The notes below the pieces were generated by a model. The model was not told where the DNA came from. It made no database searches and saw only the letters and a program-made list of their open reading frames with translations. Both the position numbers and the translations under genes were made by a program. A stretch of DNA of 64,000 bases from a virus. Its lineage: Duplodnaviria; Caudoviricetes. The DNA lies in the IMG/VR virus record IMGVR_UViG_3300033066_000778, positions 64,001 to 128,000 of that record; one strand, written 5' to 3'. This document shows, piece by piece, positions 10,104 to 19,467 of the stretch. The stretch's first letter is position 1. Every line of letters begins with the position of its first letter.

Positions 10104-10436
10104 TTACTCACTATTGAAAGTTGTTCGAGGCTTCTTTTCTTTTACAGGAGGTTCTTGTCCTTTTATCATCTTAACTTTTTTACTGACTTTTCTCGACACA
10201 GTTTTATCTGAAGGGATGGAATTGATTGGACCCCAAAGGTTACCGGCTAAAGTATCACCGATGTCTACTATAATAGACGCGATTAAAGGACGGGTTTTGG
10301 GGTTCTTATAGCGAAGGCGTATAACATTGATAACGATTTTCGCTATAAAGAAACCAATAATTACATTCGGGTGTTTTTGCAGAAAGGCAATAACAACCGT
10401 AGTAAAATCAATTTGGTTAAGAACAGCTGGATCCAT
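10104..10436 (-). CDS. Putative holin-like membrane protein
   Basis: Hydrophobic N-half, basic C-tail. Confidence 0.45.
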   Translation of the reverse strand: MDPAVLNQIDFTTVVIAFLQKHPNVIIGFFIAKIVINVIRLRYKNPKTRPLIASIIVDIGDTLAGNLWGPINSIPSDKTVSRKVSKKVKMIKGQEPPVKEKKPRTTFNSE

Positions 10437-10651
10437 TATCCTGGTATAACCTCATGCTTTTTGAAGATGGCTTCGGCAGCATCTTGACGCTGTTTAGTCT
10501 CTTCTGGTGTTTCCCCGGCTACCTGTGACATAAGAGGAATAAGCCCTTGGATGATTGGGGCGATATGTATCTCTAGATCAGGTTTACGAATTACAGCTTT
10601 GATTAAAATATCAGCCGCTTGTCCAATTAGGAAAAGTAGAATAGGACTCAT
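10436..10651 (-). CDS. Hypothetical protein
   Basis: Coupled ORF. Confidence 0.65.
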   Translation of the reverse strand: MSPILLFLIGQAADILIKAVIRKPDLEIHIAPIIQGLIPLMSQVAGETPEETKQRQDAAEAIFKKHEVIPG

Positions 10652-11052
10652 TATTTGTTCTCCTTCTTAACTGGAGGGTTTACAACAAGGTCTGGTCCAC
10701 CATTGGCTTTTACCAAAGTCGTTAAACTGATTAAGAGCTTCTGTAAGGCATCGAACTGAACGGATAGGTCATTTGTCTTTCCAGCCTTGTAAAGCTGTAA
10801 GGCACTATCGGTTGCTCGATAAGTATCAGGAAAGTTCTTATGAACAAACTTAAATACATTCTTTGTATCTTCAGAAAGCTTTAAGTAGTTCTGCTCGTAC
10901 CAATCCATACCTTCGTCATAGATTATTGTACTACCTTTTAAAGTTTGTTCTACTTTAATTACTAGTTTGTCTTCACCAGGATTTGGTGGTAAGCACCCAA
11001 TAAGGAAAATAGGAAGAAGTAAAGCTATGATGTACCTTTGTGCTGTTTTCAT
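10651..11052 (-). CDS. Lipoprotein (possibly lysis accessory)
   Basis: Lipobox-like LLPIFLIGC after basic N-terminus. Confidence 0.6.
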   Translation of the reverse strand: MKTAQRYIIALLLPIFLIGCLPPNPGEDKLVIKVEQTLKGSTIIYDEGMDWYEQNYLKLSEDTKNVFKFVHKNFPDTYRATDSALQLYKAGKTNDLSVQFDALQKLLISLTTLVKANGGPDLVVNPPVKKENK

Positions 11053-11060
11053 ATAAGTCC

Positions 11061-12377
11061 TTAGTACGTAATAGGAATTCTTATTTTAGATAGGTTAATT
11101 GATGCTGTTTGAGTTCCGTCAGAAGCTAATCTTGCGTAAAGAGCAAAGTATCTTCCCGTACCGCTCACGGTTACAGAGCCAGCAGCTTGATAAGTACTTG
11201 CAGCAGGAGAAGGAGATCCGCCTCTTACAGCGCTATATGTAACAGTACCTAAATCTCTATACCGTGTATTTGTAGCATTAACCAACGCATTTTGAATATC
11301 CGTATTAGATATTGTTGTACCAGAAGCTGTAAGATCTACAGAAGCAACTAGAGTTACATCAGTACTTGCAGCAAAACCAGCCGCAGAATCGCCTGGAATA
11401 CTTATTCCTCTATTACCTGGATACATACTGCTGTAATAATCTTTAAAATAACTTACTTCTCCTGTTGGAGTTCCAGTACCTGACCCTCTAAACAAAGAAA
11501 ATCCAAAAGCTATTGCTCCATTTATGCGTCGTGTTGCAGTTGCGAAAACAATATTATTTTCTGCTATTTTTACCCAAGAAGAAGGAGAAGTAGGTGGAGT
11601 TGTTACAGCATCTACGGAAACAGCTAGCCCTATATTAGATCCATTTTTCCATGCCCAAACCCATTCAGCTTGATCATCGGCCGCCGTTATATTCGTAAAA
11701 GAAGAAGTGTCTACTTGAGATCCAACTCCGTAACCATTTCTATAAATATCTGTCCGCACCATTGACGCTACATCTGTAGGGTCAGCAACAATAAAAGCCA
11801 TTCCTGTAGAAGTATCACTTGCTTGTAAACAATGAATACGTGCTATACAAGAATAATCATCGTTGTAACTTATCAACTTATGGAGTAACGGTGCAGTACC
11901 TGCTCCGGACCACCAATCATATGATCCAGAAGCTGTTCCAACTAAGTGTAATCTATTAGCAGTAGTAACATTTGCATCAATAGCAGAAAAATTAGTTGGA
12001 TTTTTTATAGTCCAACCTGTTCTAGGATTAGCTTTCGCATCAGCAATAGTTGTAGAAAAAATAGTCGTTGGAGCTAACTCTAGTAAATCTCCTGAATAAA
12101 GAGACCTATTAATTCCTGCTGGTAATGATCCTATTACATCTGGAAGAATGTAACCAAGAACTATTGAGGAGCCCGCGACAGGTGTATCCCATGTAACAGC
12201 ACCTGCTCCGTCTGTTTTTAGAAACTTGCCACCGTTTCCTGTTTGAGTAGGAAGAATGGAGGCTTGGGCGTCAGCCTGGGAAGTAGATCCTGTACCACCA
12301 TCAGTAACAGCGACAGTACCAGGAAGGTCTACTACACCACCCGTTGTGGTTAATCCGTATGTTTTAGTATCTGACAT
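11061..12377 (-). CDS. Fibre/decoration protein with lectin-like beta domain
   Basis: VTDGGTG and GKFLKTDGAGAVTW fibre motifs. Confidence 0.7.
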   Translation of the reverse strand: MSDTKTYGLTTTGGVVDLPGTVAVTDGGTGSTSQADAQASILPTQTGNGGKFLKTDGAGAVTWDTPVAGSSIVLGYILPDVIGSLPAGINRSLYSGDLLELAPTTIFSTTIADAKANPRTGWTIKNPTNFSAIDANVTTANRLHLVGTASGSYDWWSGAGTAPLLHKLISYNDDYSCIARIHCLQASDTSTGMAFIVADPTDVASMVRTDIYRNGYGVGSQVDTSSFTNITAADDQAEWVWAWKNGSNIGLAVSVDAVTTPPTSPSSWVKIAENNIVFATATRRINGAIAFGFSLFRGSGTGTPTGEVSYFKDYYSSMYPGNRGISIPGDSAAGFAASTDVTLVASVDLTASGTTISNTDIQNALVNATNTRYRDLGTVTYSAVRGGSPSPAASTYQAAGSVTVSGTGRYFALYARLASDGTQTASINLSKIRIPITY

Positions 12378-12386
12378 AGATTTTCC

Positions 12387-13505
12387 TTATATCGTCCAAG
12401 TTCCAACGACGCTAGTAGCTACCCACTCAGTGTCGTTTATAGCTACAAGTGTAATAGCCGAACCTACAGTTGCCGACGTAATAGAGCCAGCGACGGCTGT
12501 AACAGAAGTATCAATTCTAATTGTATCGCCGGTATTAGCCGTAATTGTAATAGTCTGTGCTGTTTGTACATAAACTGTATACGTAATTCCAGATGCAGCA
12601 GTCGGTAATTCTAAGACACTTCCATCAGCATCACCAAGGTTAGTAAAAACAGCACCAGAGTCTTCAGGAGTTAAAGCAAGAGTAGTATAATTGTCTATAA
12701 TAGCAACTATCCCAATCGTATTCCACTGCGCAGCCGAACCGTTATTAGAAAGGTACTGCCCTTTAGTACCAACAGACATTGCTGGAAGTTCTACTGGTAT
12801 AGCCGCCCATGAAACATTACTACCGTTAGTAGTAAGGAACTCTCCACTATGTGTAGCTTGATCTGGTATATCTGTTGGAATATCTGCCCAAGAAGCCGCA
12901 GATCCATTAGTTGTTAAAAACTTACTTCCATTACCCGACTGGTCTGGTAAAATACCATCAGCTGTGATGGACGCCCAATCTGCTGTTGTAGCTGACGTAG
13001 CTACTAAAGCCTGTCCGGCAGTAGGAACTGTAAAGCTTGCGACGCTTACTTCGTCACCATTAGTGTTTTTTAAACCCTGCGTAAAGTAAGAAGTACCGTT
13101 TAAAACACCGATAAACTGTCCGTCGCATCGAATAGATCCGGCAACGTCAATTTCATACGATGGTGTTGGTGTTTTAATACCTAATCTAAAATTTGTATAG
13201 TCCCAAACCAAATGCTGAGATTGTGCAAAAGTACCAGAATTATTAGCGAAGTAAATTTGTTTTTCTACCGCACTAGCTAAACCTGTTCCGCCTTTATTGA
13301 CAGGAACAACGTTTAATGAAATAGTGTTTACACTACGAGATAAAGGAGCCGAAAAGGTTAAGACACTTTCGGCTCCAATAATACTCGGAGTAGCACTAGA
13401 GAAGTTTATTTTGGTGTAATCAATAGCCGCCGATGGAGAAACTTTAGCATTGACTATAGCTCCATCTTTGATTTGATTACCAGAAATCTGTGTGACATCA
13501 CTCAT
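12387..13505 (-). CDS. Fibre protein
   Basis: Three [KEQ][FY]L..NGS..[SQ]W repeats, RLGIKT.TPSY.IDVAG motif, shared C-terminal domain. Confidence 0.75.
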   Translation of the reverse strand: MSDVTQISGNQIKDGAIVNAKVSPSAAIDYTKINFSSATPSIIGAESVLTFSAPLSRSVNTISLNVVPVNKGGTGLASAVEKQIYFANNSGTFAQSQHLVWDYTNFRLGIKTPTPSYEIDVAGSIRCDGQFIGVLNGTSYFTQGLKNTNGDEVSVASFTVPTAGQALVATSATTADWASITADGILPDQSGNGSKFLTTNGSAASWADIPTDIPDQATHSGEFLTTNGSNVSWAAIPVELPAMSVGTKGQYLSNNGSAAQWNTIGIVAIIDNYTTLALTPEDSGAVFTNLGDADGSVLELPTAASGITYTVYVQTAQTITITANTGDTIRIDTSVTAVAGSITSATVGSAITLVAINDTEWVATSVVGTWTI

Positions 13506-15052
13506 TATGCTTTTCCTACTGTAATCCAGAACGTAGCTGGAGAGGGTGATGACTGAACCACAGCCATTATATTAGCCGATTGCCCTTGAGTACTTAGTGT
13601 CAAAGTCGTTTGTCCGTTAATCTGCTGACCATTCGACGGCGCAATTAAAACAGCATTAGTAGTAGCGTCGTACTTAGCAAACGTATAGAGCGTACCGTTC
13701 TTTACCACTCCACCGACTGTTAGTTCAGGTAGTTCAACCGTAGTGGCTGTCGATGCACAGTCGAAGATAAAGACTTTTTCATCGTAGTTATCAACGGCGT
13801 AAGAACCACCGACTAAAAAGATTGGTGGTGTACTTATCCCAGCTACGTCAATACTCTTGACAAAGAGATTTCCGTTGGTATCTAATTGCGCTGTAATTGC
13901 GTTTGTATTGTCTTTTGTTTGTAACGCAAGAGCATTAGCTGTATTGGTTACGTTTTCTACTAGTATAGCTGGGACTGTTACAGAGGAAGTAGTAAAGGTT
14001 TCTAAAGGAAGGCTAAATACCGTTCCCTCGATTGATGCACCTTCCTCTAACGTAATGGTATTGAAGGCATCAGTTTTTGCGTAGAAAGAAATAGAACTGT
14101 TTGCTAACGTGTCTAAGGCATCTACAGCAAATACTTCATTTAGATCTTCTGCATACGCAGTTATATTCCCGTACGATATTAAACCAGCTGCTCTAAAAAG
14201 ACCTGTTGGGCTTAATGACGCAACGATCGGGAGGTCATCAGCGTCGTCTACAAAGATGGTTGCGTCTTTATTCAAGAACGCAGCAAGGTATCTATAGTCA
14301 GAGTGGACAAAGGTCATTAACCGAGCAATAGTATCTGCAACAACAGTAGTATCGTCCTCAGTTGAGTTTAAGCGAACGATACCGTCTATATCGTAGATAT
14401 TACCTGTTAAACCAATATGTCCGGTTTGGCTTATGATTGGTAAGGTTTGCTTTGCTATTGCTCCACCATCGTGGGTAGCAGTAATAGAAATCGAACCGTT
14501 TAGTGTTTGATTTCCATTAGAAAGTGAAAGAGATAAAGGCGTTACAGCAGCAGTTGCTGTTAAACCTGGAGCGTCTACGTCAATAGCGAAGCGAGTTTCA
14601 CCTTCAGCAAACGTAGTTACAACCGTTGACCCTGCGCCGTCAATCAGTACGATAGCATCATGGTATCCGTTGACTGATTTAACTACTTCGCCGCCTGCAA
14701 TATCATCGGCAACGATAGTTCCATCAGCAATCATCGAAGATGTGATAGAGCCAGGAGACAAGGATATCGTTGCTTCAGTACCTACAATGTCAACAGTGAT
14801 TCCAGTTCCGGCAATAATATCTGTGATACCATCTGAGCCTGAACCGGAACCACCTCCACTTCCTTCGGGGTAGACGTAATAGACGTTTAATGGATCAACT
14901 ACACCATTATACTCGTCTAAAAGTCCAATTAAAGCGAGATCATTATAATATGTACCCTTTACTAATCCCCCTGGAGGGACTGAAGTGGATGACCCCATTG
15001 CATTAGGAACTGCAATTCTAAATTGGTGGGGATTAATAAAATAAGGTATCAT
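13505..15052 (-). CDS. Decoration/fibre protein
   Basis: Shared N-module, AGTGITV repeat, C-terminal VELP..G..YTF..D...GQQING domain. Confidence 0.7.
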   Translation of the reverse strand: MIPYFINPHQFRIAVPNAMGSSTSVPPGGLVKGTYYNDLALIGLLDEYNGVVDPLNVYYVYPEGSGGGSGSGSDGITDIIAGTGITVDIVGTEATISLSPGSITSSMIADGTIVADDIAGGEVVKSVNGYHDAIVLIDGAGSTVVTTFAEGETRFAIDVDAPGLTATAAVTPLSLSLSNGNQTLNGSISITATHDGGAIAKQTLPIISQTGHIGLTGNIYDIDGIVRLNSTEDDTTVVADTIARLMTFVHSDYRYLAAFLNKDATIFVDDADDLPIVASLSPTGLFRAAGLISYGNITAYAEDLNEVFAVDALDTLANSSISFYAKTDAFNTITLEEGASIEGTVFSLPLETFTTSSVTVPAILVENVTNTANALALQTKDNTNAITAQLDTNGNLFVKSIDVAGISTPPIFLVGGSYAVDNYDEKVFIFDCASTATTVELPELTVGGVVKNGTLYTFAKYDATTNAVLIAPSNGQQINGQTTLTLSTQGQSANIMAVVQSSPSPATFWITVGKA

Positions 15053-15540
15053 TATTGAGCCTTAATTCCAAACTGGTATTCGGGAGCTTGTTCTCTCCCT
15101 GGGTTAACATCAAACATCTCAGGGTCGCCAGTTGACGCTAAGTAGTACTTTCCACATGTCTTGTAGTCTAAAGCAGAGAATAAACAAGGTTTAGAATCTA
15201 CTCTGCAAATCCCAAGTAAAAAAGCCGGACATGGGTTATAGTCAGGATTAGTTGACATTACATTAGGATTTTTTGTATTAGCCTCAACAGGCTGCTGTGG
15301 TTGGACCGCGTCTTCTTTTAATGTTTTCATAACTTCCATACTCGGGTCCAAAGTGTAGTCAGTCTTTGGTATGTTAGGAACGTAGTCAGCAGTCAACTGA
15401 ATAGGGTTTGTTTTCCTACGCTCAGTTGGCTGCTGACCAGCACTTATCCAATTCATACCGTAACCCTCCATATCCTTGTTCAAAATCATATTGGACAAGG
15501 TTAGAGGGTCTACGCCATCGTTTTCTTTAATGTTGGACAT
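15052..15540 (-). CDS. Hypothetical protein with C-terminal Cys cluster
   Basis: Coupled ORF, four Cys. Confidence 0.65.
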   Translation of the reverse strand: MSNIKENDGVDPLTLSNMILNKDMEGYGMNWISAGQQPTERRKTNPIQLTADYVPNIPKTDYTLDPSMEVMKTLKEDAVQPQQPVEANTKNPNVMSTNPDYNPCPAFLLGICRVDSKPCLFSALDYKTCGKYYLASTGDPEMFDVNPGREQAPEYQFGIKAQ

Positions 15541-16355
15541 TAAGAAATCGTTACTCCAGCACTAGAAGTCGTGTACCATACACCCTGATAAGCAACGAGA
15601 GTAACGTGGCTTCCAACGTTGGTGTCAAAAGTAAGCGTGGTGTTGGTTCCACCATTTACTTTCCCAGAGGCAACACTAATTACGTGAGCGTAACCAGTTG
15701 TCGAAACGAAGGTCATTGTATAACCATCATGCGTGGTGACCGTTGGGGTTGCAAGCGTTGAGGAGCCTAGAGCGGACCCCTTGGTGATAAAATACGTGAT
15801 GTTATTAGCAGCTGCGATAGCGCCATCCGTTAGCTTCGCAGAAACAGTTGGAGGCGTTGCAAGGGCAATGGTATACGTTCCAGCAACTGGAGTTACTGTG
15901 ATACCCGTACCTTGCGCAATGTCAACGACATCAGCTGCAACTTCAAACGTTCCACTTGTTGGAGTTACGGTAATACCGTCGCCAGCAGTTACTTCAACTA
16001 CGTCAGCCTTAACTGTGTATACGCCGTTTAGCTTTGTTACTGCAATGCCGTCGCCTGCATGGATGTCAACTACGTCAGTAGAAATTTCCCCACCAGCAGT
16101 GATGTTGACTCCATCGCCAGCGGAAATCGTAGCTGTTTCGACTTCAGAAGATTCCGTATAGGCTAGAAGTGTTGGATCAGCAGTTACTTCGGCAGGCGTT
16201 CCAGTTCCTTCGTCTGTTAAGAAACCTAGCTCTGCCATAGGAGCAAAAGAGTCACCCTTAACATACTGACCTGGGTTGATCTTGATCGTACCACTGACAC
16301 CGAGAGGTAGTTCTAGTCTAGTGGTCTTTGCGTTCTTGTAGTAGTTATTAGCCAT
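15540..16355 (-). CDS. Decoration/fibre protein with AGDGI.V repeats
   Basis: Shared N-module; four AG[DT]G[IV].[IV]-like repeats. Confidence 0.7.
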   Translation of the reverse strand: MANNYYKNAKTTRLELPLGVSGTIKINPGQYVKGDSFAPMAELGFLTDEGTGTPAEVTADPTLLAYTESSEVETATISAGDGVNITAGGEISTDVVDIHAGDGIAVTKLNGVYTVKADVVEVTAGDGITVTPTSGTFEVAADVVDIAQGTGITVTPVAGTYTIALATPPTVSAKLTDGAIAAANNITYFITKGSALGSSTLATPTVTTHDGYTMTFVSTTGYAHVISVASGKVNGGTNTTLTFDTNVGSHVTLVAYQGVWYTTSSAGVTIS

Positions 16356-16370
16356 TTTTGTCTCCTTGTT

Positions 16371-16856
16371 TTATTCCATGTTGGAAATAAACTTAAACGT
16401 TTTTGATAATCGGTTAATCCACCCATAGCGGAATACTTCTAGTTTGTCATTCATTTGTAACAGTGTTTTAAGTACATTATACTGAAGCGTTAGATAAAGA
16501 AAACATAACGAATCTTCAGTAAGTGATTTACGTGTATTTTGTAGGTCATTAACGTCATTTAGAATCTTGTTAGCTCTAGTTTTCCAAAGAAGAACAACAG
16601 CTTGAAAGTGACAAATGGCTAATTTCGGCGTTAGCTTATCGCAGCCACCTTGGAGCCAATACTCGCTATAGTAGATATCCTTGGCTTCTTGTTCTGTTAT
16701 GTTATAAACGTCAGCTGGAGGTTGAGCTTTCTTTACTCGCCAAGCATCATATGTTTTTTGAGTAATACCGAAACTAGTTTTACCACCAGGGTCGTTTGGG
16801 TTGTTACTTTTTTTGCCTTCAAGATAAAGGATTAGGTCAAACGCTTGATCAAACAT
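16371..16856 (-). CDS. Glycoside hydrolase family 108 lysozyme (endolysin)
   Basis: EG..SNNPNDPGGKT.FGIT, IYYSEYW, F..GW.NR. Confidence 0.9.
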   Translation of the reverse strand: MFDQAFDLILYLEGKKSNNPNDPGGKTSFGITQKTYDAWRVKKAQPPADVYNITEQEAKDIYYSEYWLQGGCDKLTPKLAICHFQAVVLLWKTRANKILNDVNDLQNTRKSLTEDSLCFLYLTLQYNVLKTLLQMNDKLEVFRYGWINRLSKTFKFISNME

Positions 16857-17311
16857 TAAACGCCCATTCCAATGAACTCTATAAATACAGGCTCAATTTC
16901 AGGCTGTGTAATAATCTGATTAGGAGGAGTACCAGTTATAATCGGTCCTGTAACTAAGAGATCATTTACTTTTGTACCTATAACAGCTATTTGCGCAATA
17001 TTCACCCCCGACATCAGTAACGTACCAGAAAGATCCAAGTCAATATACTTAGCTAGGCTGTTACCTTGCTTTTGTGTTAAGCGTATAACTGCCGTACCAC
17101 CTGTTACTTGTGCAAAAAGAAACTTTACTGTTTCTATTCCTGGCGTTAAGACTAGAAGGGGAAACGTTGGATAAGGAAGTTTTGTCAAATCAACGGAAGA
17201 GTAAAACTCTTTATCCGCTGAAGAGCCTGATGTGAGAGCAATCTTCCTAAATGTCGTACGATCGAATTTAGTTGCTCTAACCAACTGTCCAGTAGCGGTA
17301 TAAGTTATCAT
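16856..17311 (-). CDS. Hypothetical (likely structural) protein
   Basis: Coupled ORF. Confidence 0.7.
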   Translation of the reverse strand: MITYTATGQLVRATKFDRTTFRKIALTSGSSADKEFYSSVDLTKLPYPTFPLLVLTPGIETVKFLFAQVTGGTAVIRLTQKQGNSLAKYIDLDLSGTLLMSGVNIAQIAVIGTKVNDLLVTGPIITGTPPNQIITQPEIEPVFIEFIGMGV

Positions 17312-18351
17312 TAGTACTTATTCACTTTTTTGATGAATTTATCGAAAGAAATGGTATCTTTTCTAACCAGTAAGCTTTCCGCTATCAGGGTAGAAAGAAG
17401 ATCAGCTACTTTTTCGTACTTACTCTCGTTCGTTGTATTCAACCGTTTTTGGATTGAATAGAGTAATGAATTAAGACTTTTTATACTAATCTCGTTTGTA
17501 TTGGAGTATATTTGGTTAAGCTCTGACTTAGAAAAGACATCTTCTAAAATACTCTGTTTAGCCTGCTGTACTGGTTTTGGCTTAGCTACTTCTTCAAATT
17601 CGATATTTTCAGAAACACCAAACTCATTATCTTTATACAGAAGTTCTTTTACTTTACTTGTCGGTACGTAAAGAGGCTTAATAGCTGTTTCTTTTTCCGT
17701 ATCGTCATAGTCGTCTTCATCGTAATCAGGGTTTAATCCAGTATTAGCAAAAGCTTGAGGATCGTCGGAAGGCATTGCTCTAAAGAGATTTCCTGCCTTA
17801 TCGGCTTTTACTAAAAACTTCGTTCCCTTTTCACCCAGTAATGCTCTTGAAAGACCCGGTTGCTGTATTACCGTATGTACAACCGTATATACGTCGCTGA
17901 TAGCCGTAGACTGAGGGTAAGATCTAACAAGGTTTCCAAATGTAATGGGCTCCCATTGGAGTTCAGTTGGTTCGTGTTCATTATTTACAGCTGGACTGTT
18001 TGGAATTGTTGGAGAAGGAGTATCATCGCATTCATTAAGCGGCTGCTGAGAAACTAAGTTTTTTAGTTTACCTGTCTTTCCACTCTTAATGTTCGTGAAC
18101 AGCTTTGATAAACTTTGCTTTTCTTCTTCAAGTTTTTGCTGTTCTTGCTGTTGAAGTTTACCTTCGTTTACACGTTTCTTTTGCTCAAACATTTCTTTGA
18201 GCTTTTTCTCATCAGCTTTGAGCATGTGTTCTAAAAGAGGGTCAGTTGTTTCGTCCATACTTTCTCTTGATCTCTGTGTTCTTGATCTAACCTTATCCAA
18301 TACCCTTATTTGCTGTAGGAGCATTAGCGTAGGAGTTATAGAACTTACCAT
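17311..18351 (-). CDS. Hypothetical protein, possible internal head protein
   Basis: Low complexity, several [ILV]xE sites. Confidence 0.65.
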   Translation of the reverse strand: MVSSITPTLMLLQQIRVLDKVRSRTQRSRESMDETTDPLLEHMLKADEKKLKEMFEQKKRVNEGKLQQQEQQKLEEEKQSLSKLFTNIKSGKTGKLKNLVSQQPLNECDDTPSPTIPNSPAVNNEHEPTELQWEPITFGNLVRSYPQSTAISDVYTVVHTVIQQPGLSRALLGEKGTKFLVKADKAGNLFRAMPSDDPQAFANTGLNPDYDEDDYDDTEKETAIKPLYVPTSKVKELLYKDNEFGVSENIEFEEVAKPKPVQQAKQSILEDVFSKSELNQIYSNTNEISIKSLNSLLYSIQKRLNTTNESKYEKVADLLSTLIAESLLVRKDTISFDKFIKKVNKY

Positions 18352-18390
18352 AACTAATATCCTAAAGTTTTTTGCAAATGGAAAAAGTTA

Positions 18391-19143
18391 TTATTGTTTC
18401 AATTGACTTAGTTGGAGGGGTAATAAAGATGCCCGAGTTCTCAGTTGTTTGGGGACTATTTTTATCTTGCAAGTACAAAGTTTCCCACAAGTACATAACC
18501 CTCCTCGTGGTGTTGTCACCATGCATTCTTTATCAATAGGAGAGGAATACTGTAACTGCTCGCAGGTAGTACAATGAGGATGATCCTCTGGCATAATCCA
18601 GTAAACAACTGAATTAGAAGGAGCACCAACGACTCTACCTGCGAGGTAATGTGAGTCAAGTCTTTGTACATACTGTTGTAGTATCGACTTAGAGATAAAA
18701 CGGTCTACATGCTTAAGAAACTCAACCCAAAATTCTTGCTCAATTTTAGTTGCTTCAGCCGACCATAGCGTTTCTGTTTCATAGATCTTTGGTTTACCAT
18801 ACACGTTATGGGCAAAAGAAAACGTATGAGAAACTAAACCAGCACCAGAAGACTTGACTCCGAGGAAGTAAGACTTCTTAAAGAACTCATGAAAGATATT
18901 ATATAACTCCTGGTGCTTTGTTTCTTTATCGTCAGCTTTCAAGTACTGCTTAATGAACGTATACAACTGTTGTACTAGCTTATTCTGTAGAGCTTGAAAG
19001 CTCTTATTTGCAATCGTTTGTAGCTGTGTTTTTTGCCTAGACCATTCACCAGTACCGAGAAAATTACGGTGAATTTTATGAAGATTCGCCCTTCTCGTTA
19101 TTTGTGACGCTGTGACTAGATCTTTGCTTGTTAGTAGATCCAT
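18391..19143 (-). CDS. Head morphogenesis (MuF/gp7-like) protein
   Basis: W.M.ED..HCTTC..L and C.CGK.C.CKI; next to portal. Confidence 0.55.
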   Translation of the reverse strand: MDLLTSKDLVTASQITRRANLHKIHRNFLGTGEWSRQKTQLQTIANKSFQALQNKLVQQLYTFIKQYLKADDKETKHQELYNIFHEFFKKSYFLGVKSSGAGLVSHTFSFAHNVYGKPKIYETETLWSAEATKIEQEFWVEFLKHVDRFISKSILQQYVQRLDSHYLAGRVVGAPSNSVVYWIMPEDHPHCTTCEQLQYSSPIDKECMVTTPRGGLCTCGKLCTCKIKIVPKQLRTRASLLPLQLSQLKQ

Positions 19144-19459
19144 ATTGTTTTAATTTCTCCGAAATTGTGTTCACTTTTTTGTTTGCAGTAGACGAAGGAG
19201 CAAAACCGAGATGATACCTATCTGGTATAGTGAACTCACGGTTTTGAAGCCACGGGATTCCTGTCTTTTTAATCTGCTTTCCTTTTATGAAGCGACTATA
19301 AAACTTCCCTAGACCTAATAAGGAACACTCTTCTCCGTTAGCTGTTGCATCTAAAACAGTGAGAGTAAGCGCCTTGATTATATCGTTCACATCCTGCTGT
19401 GAATACTTATAGTTTAGGGATACCCGTATACGCGCAATTAGTTCTTGTTGGTTTAACAT
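19076..19459 (-). CDS. HU/IHF-like DNA-binding protein
   Basis: LNQQELI..I, GEECSLLGLGKF, IP.R..LGF.PS. Confidence 0.8.
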   Translation of the reverse strand: MLNQQELIARIRVSLNYKYSQQDVNDIIKALTLTVLDATANGEECSLLGLGKFYSRFIKGKQIKKTGIPWLQNREFTIPDRYHLGFAPSSTANKKVNTISEKLKQYGSTNKQRSSHSVTNNEKGESS

Positions 19460-19467
19460 ATCGTTCC

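Noticed and set aside
8319-12700. DGR TR/VR pair from duplicated C-terminal domains
   Set aside because: Differences are at all bases and include many synonymous changes, not adenine-specific; no RT.
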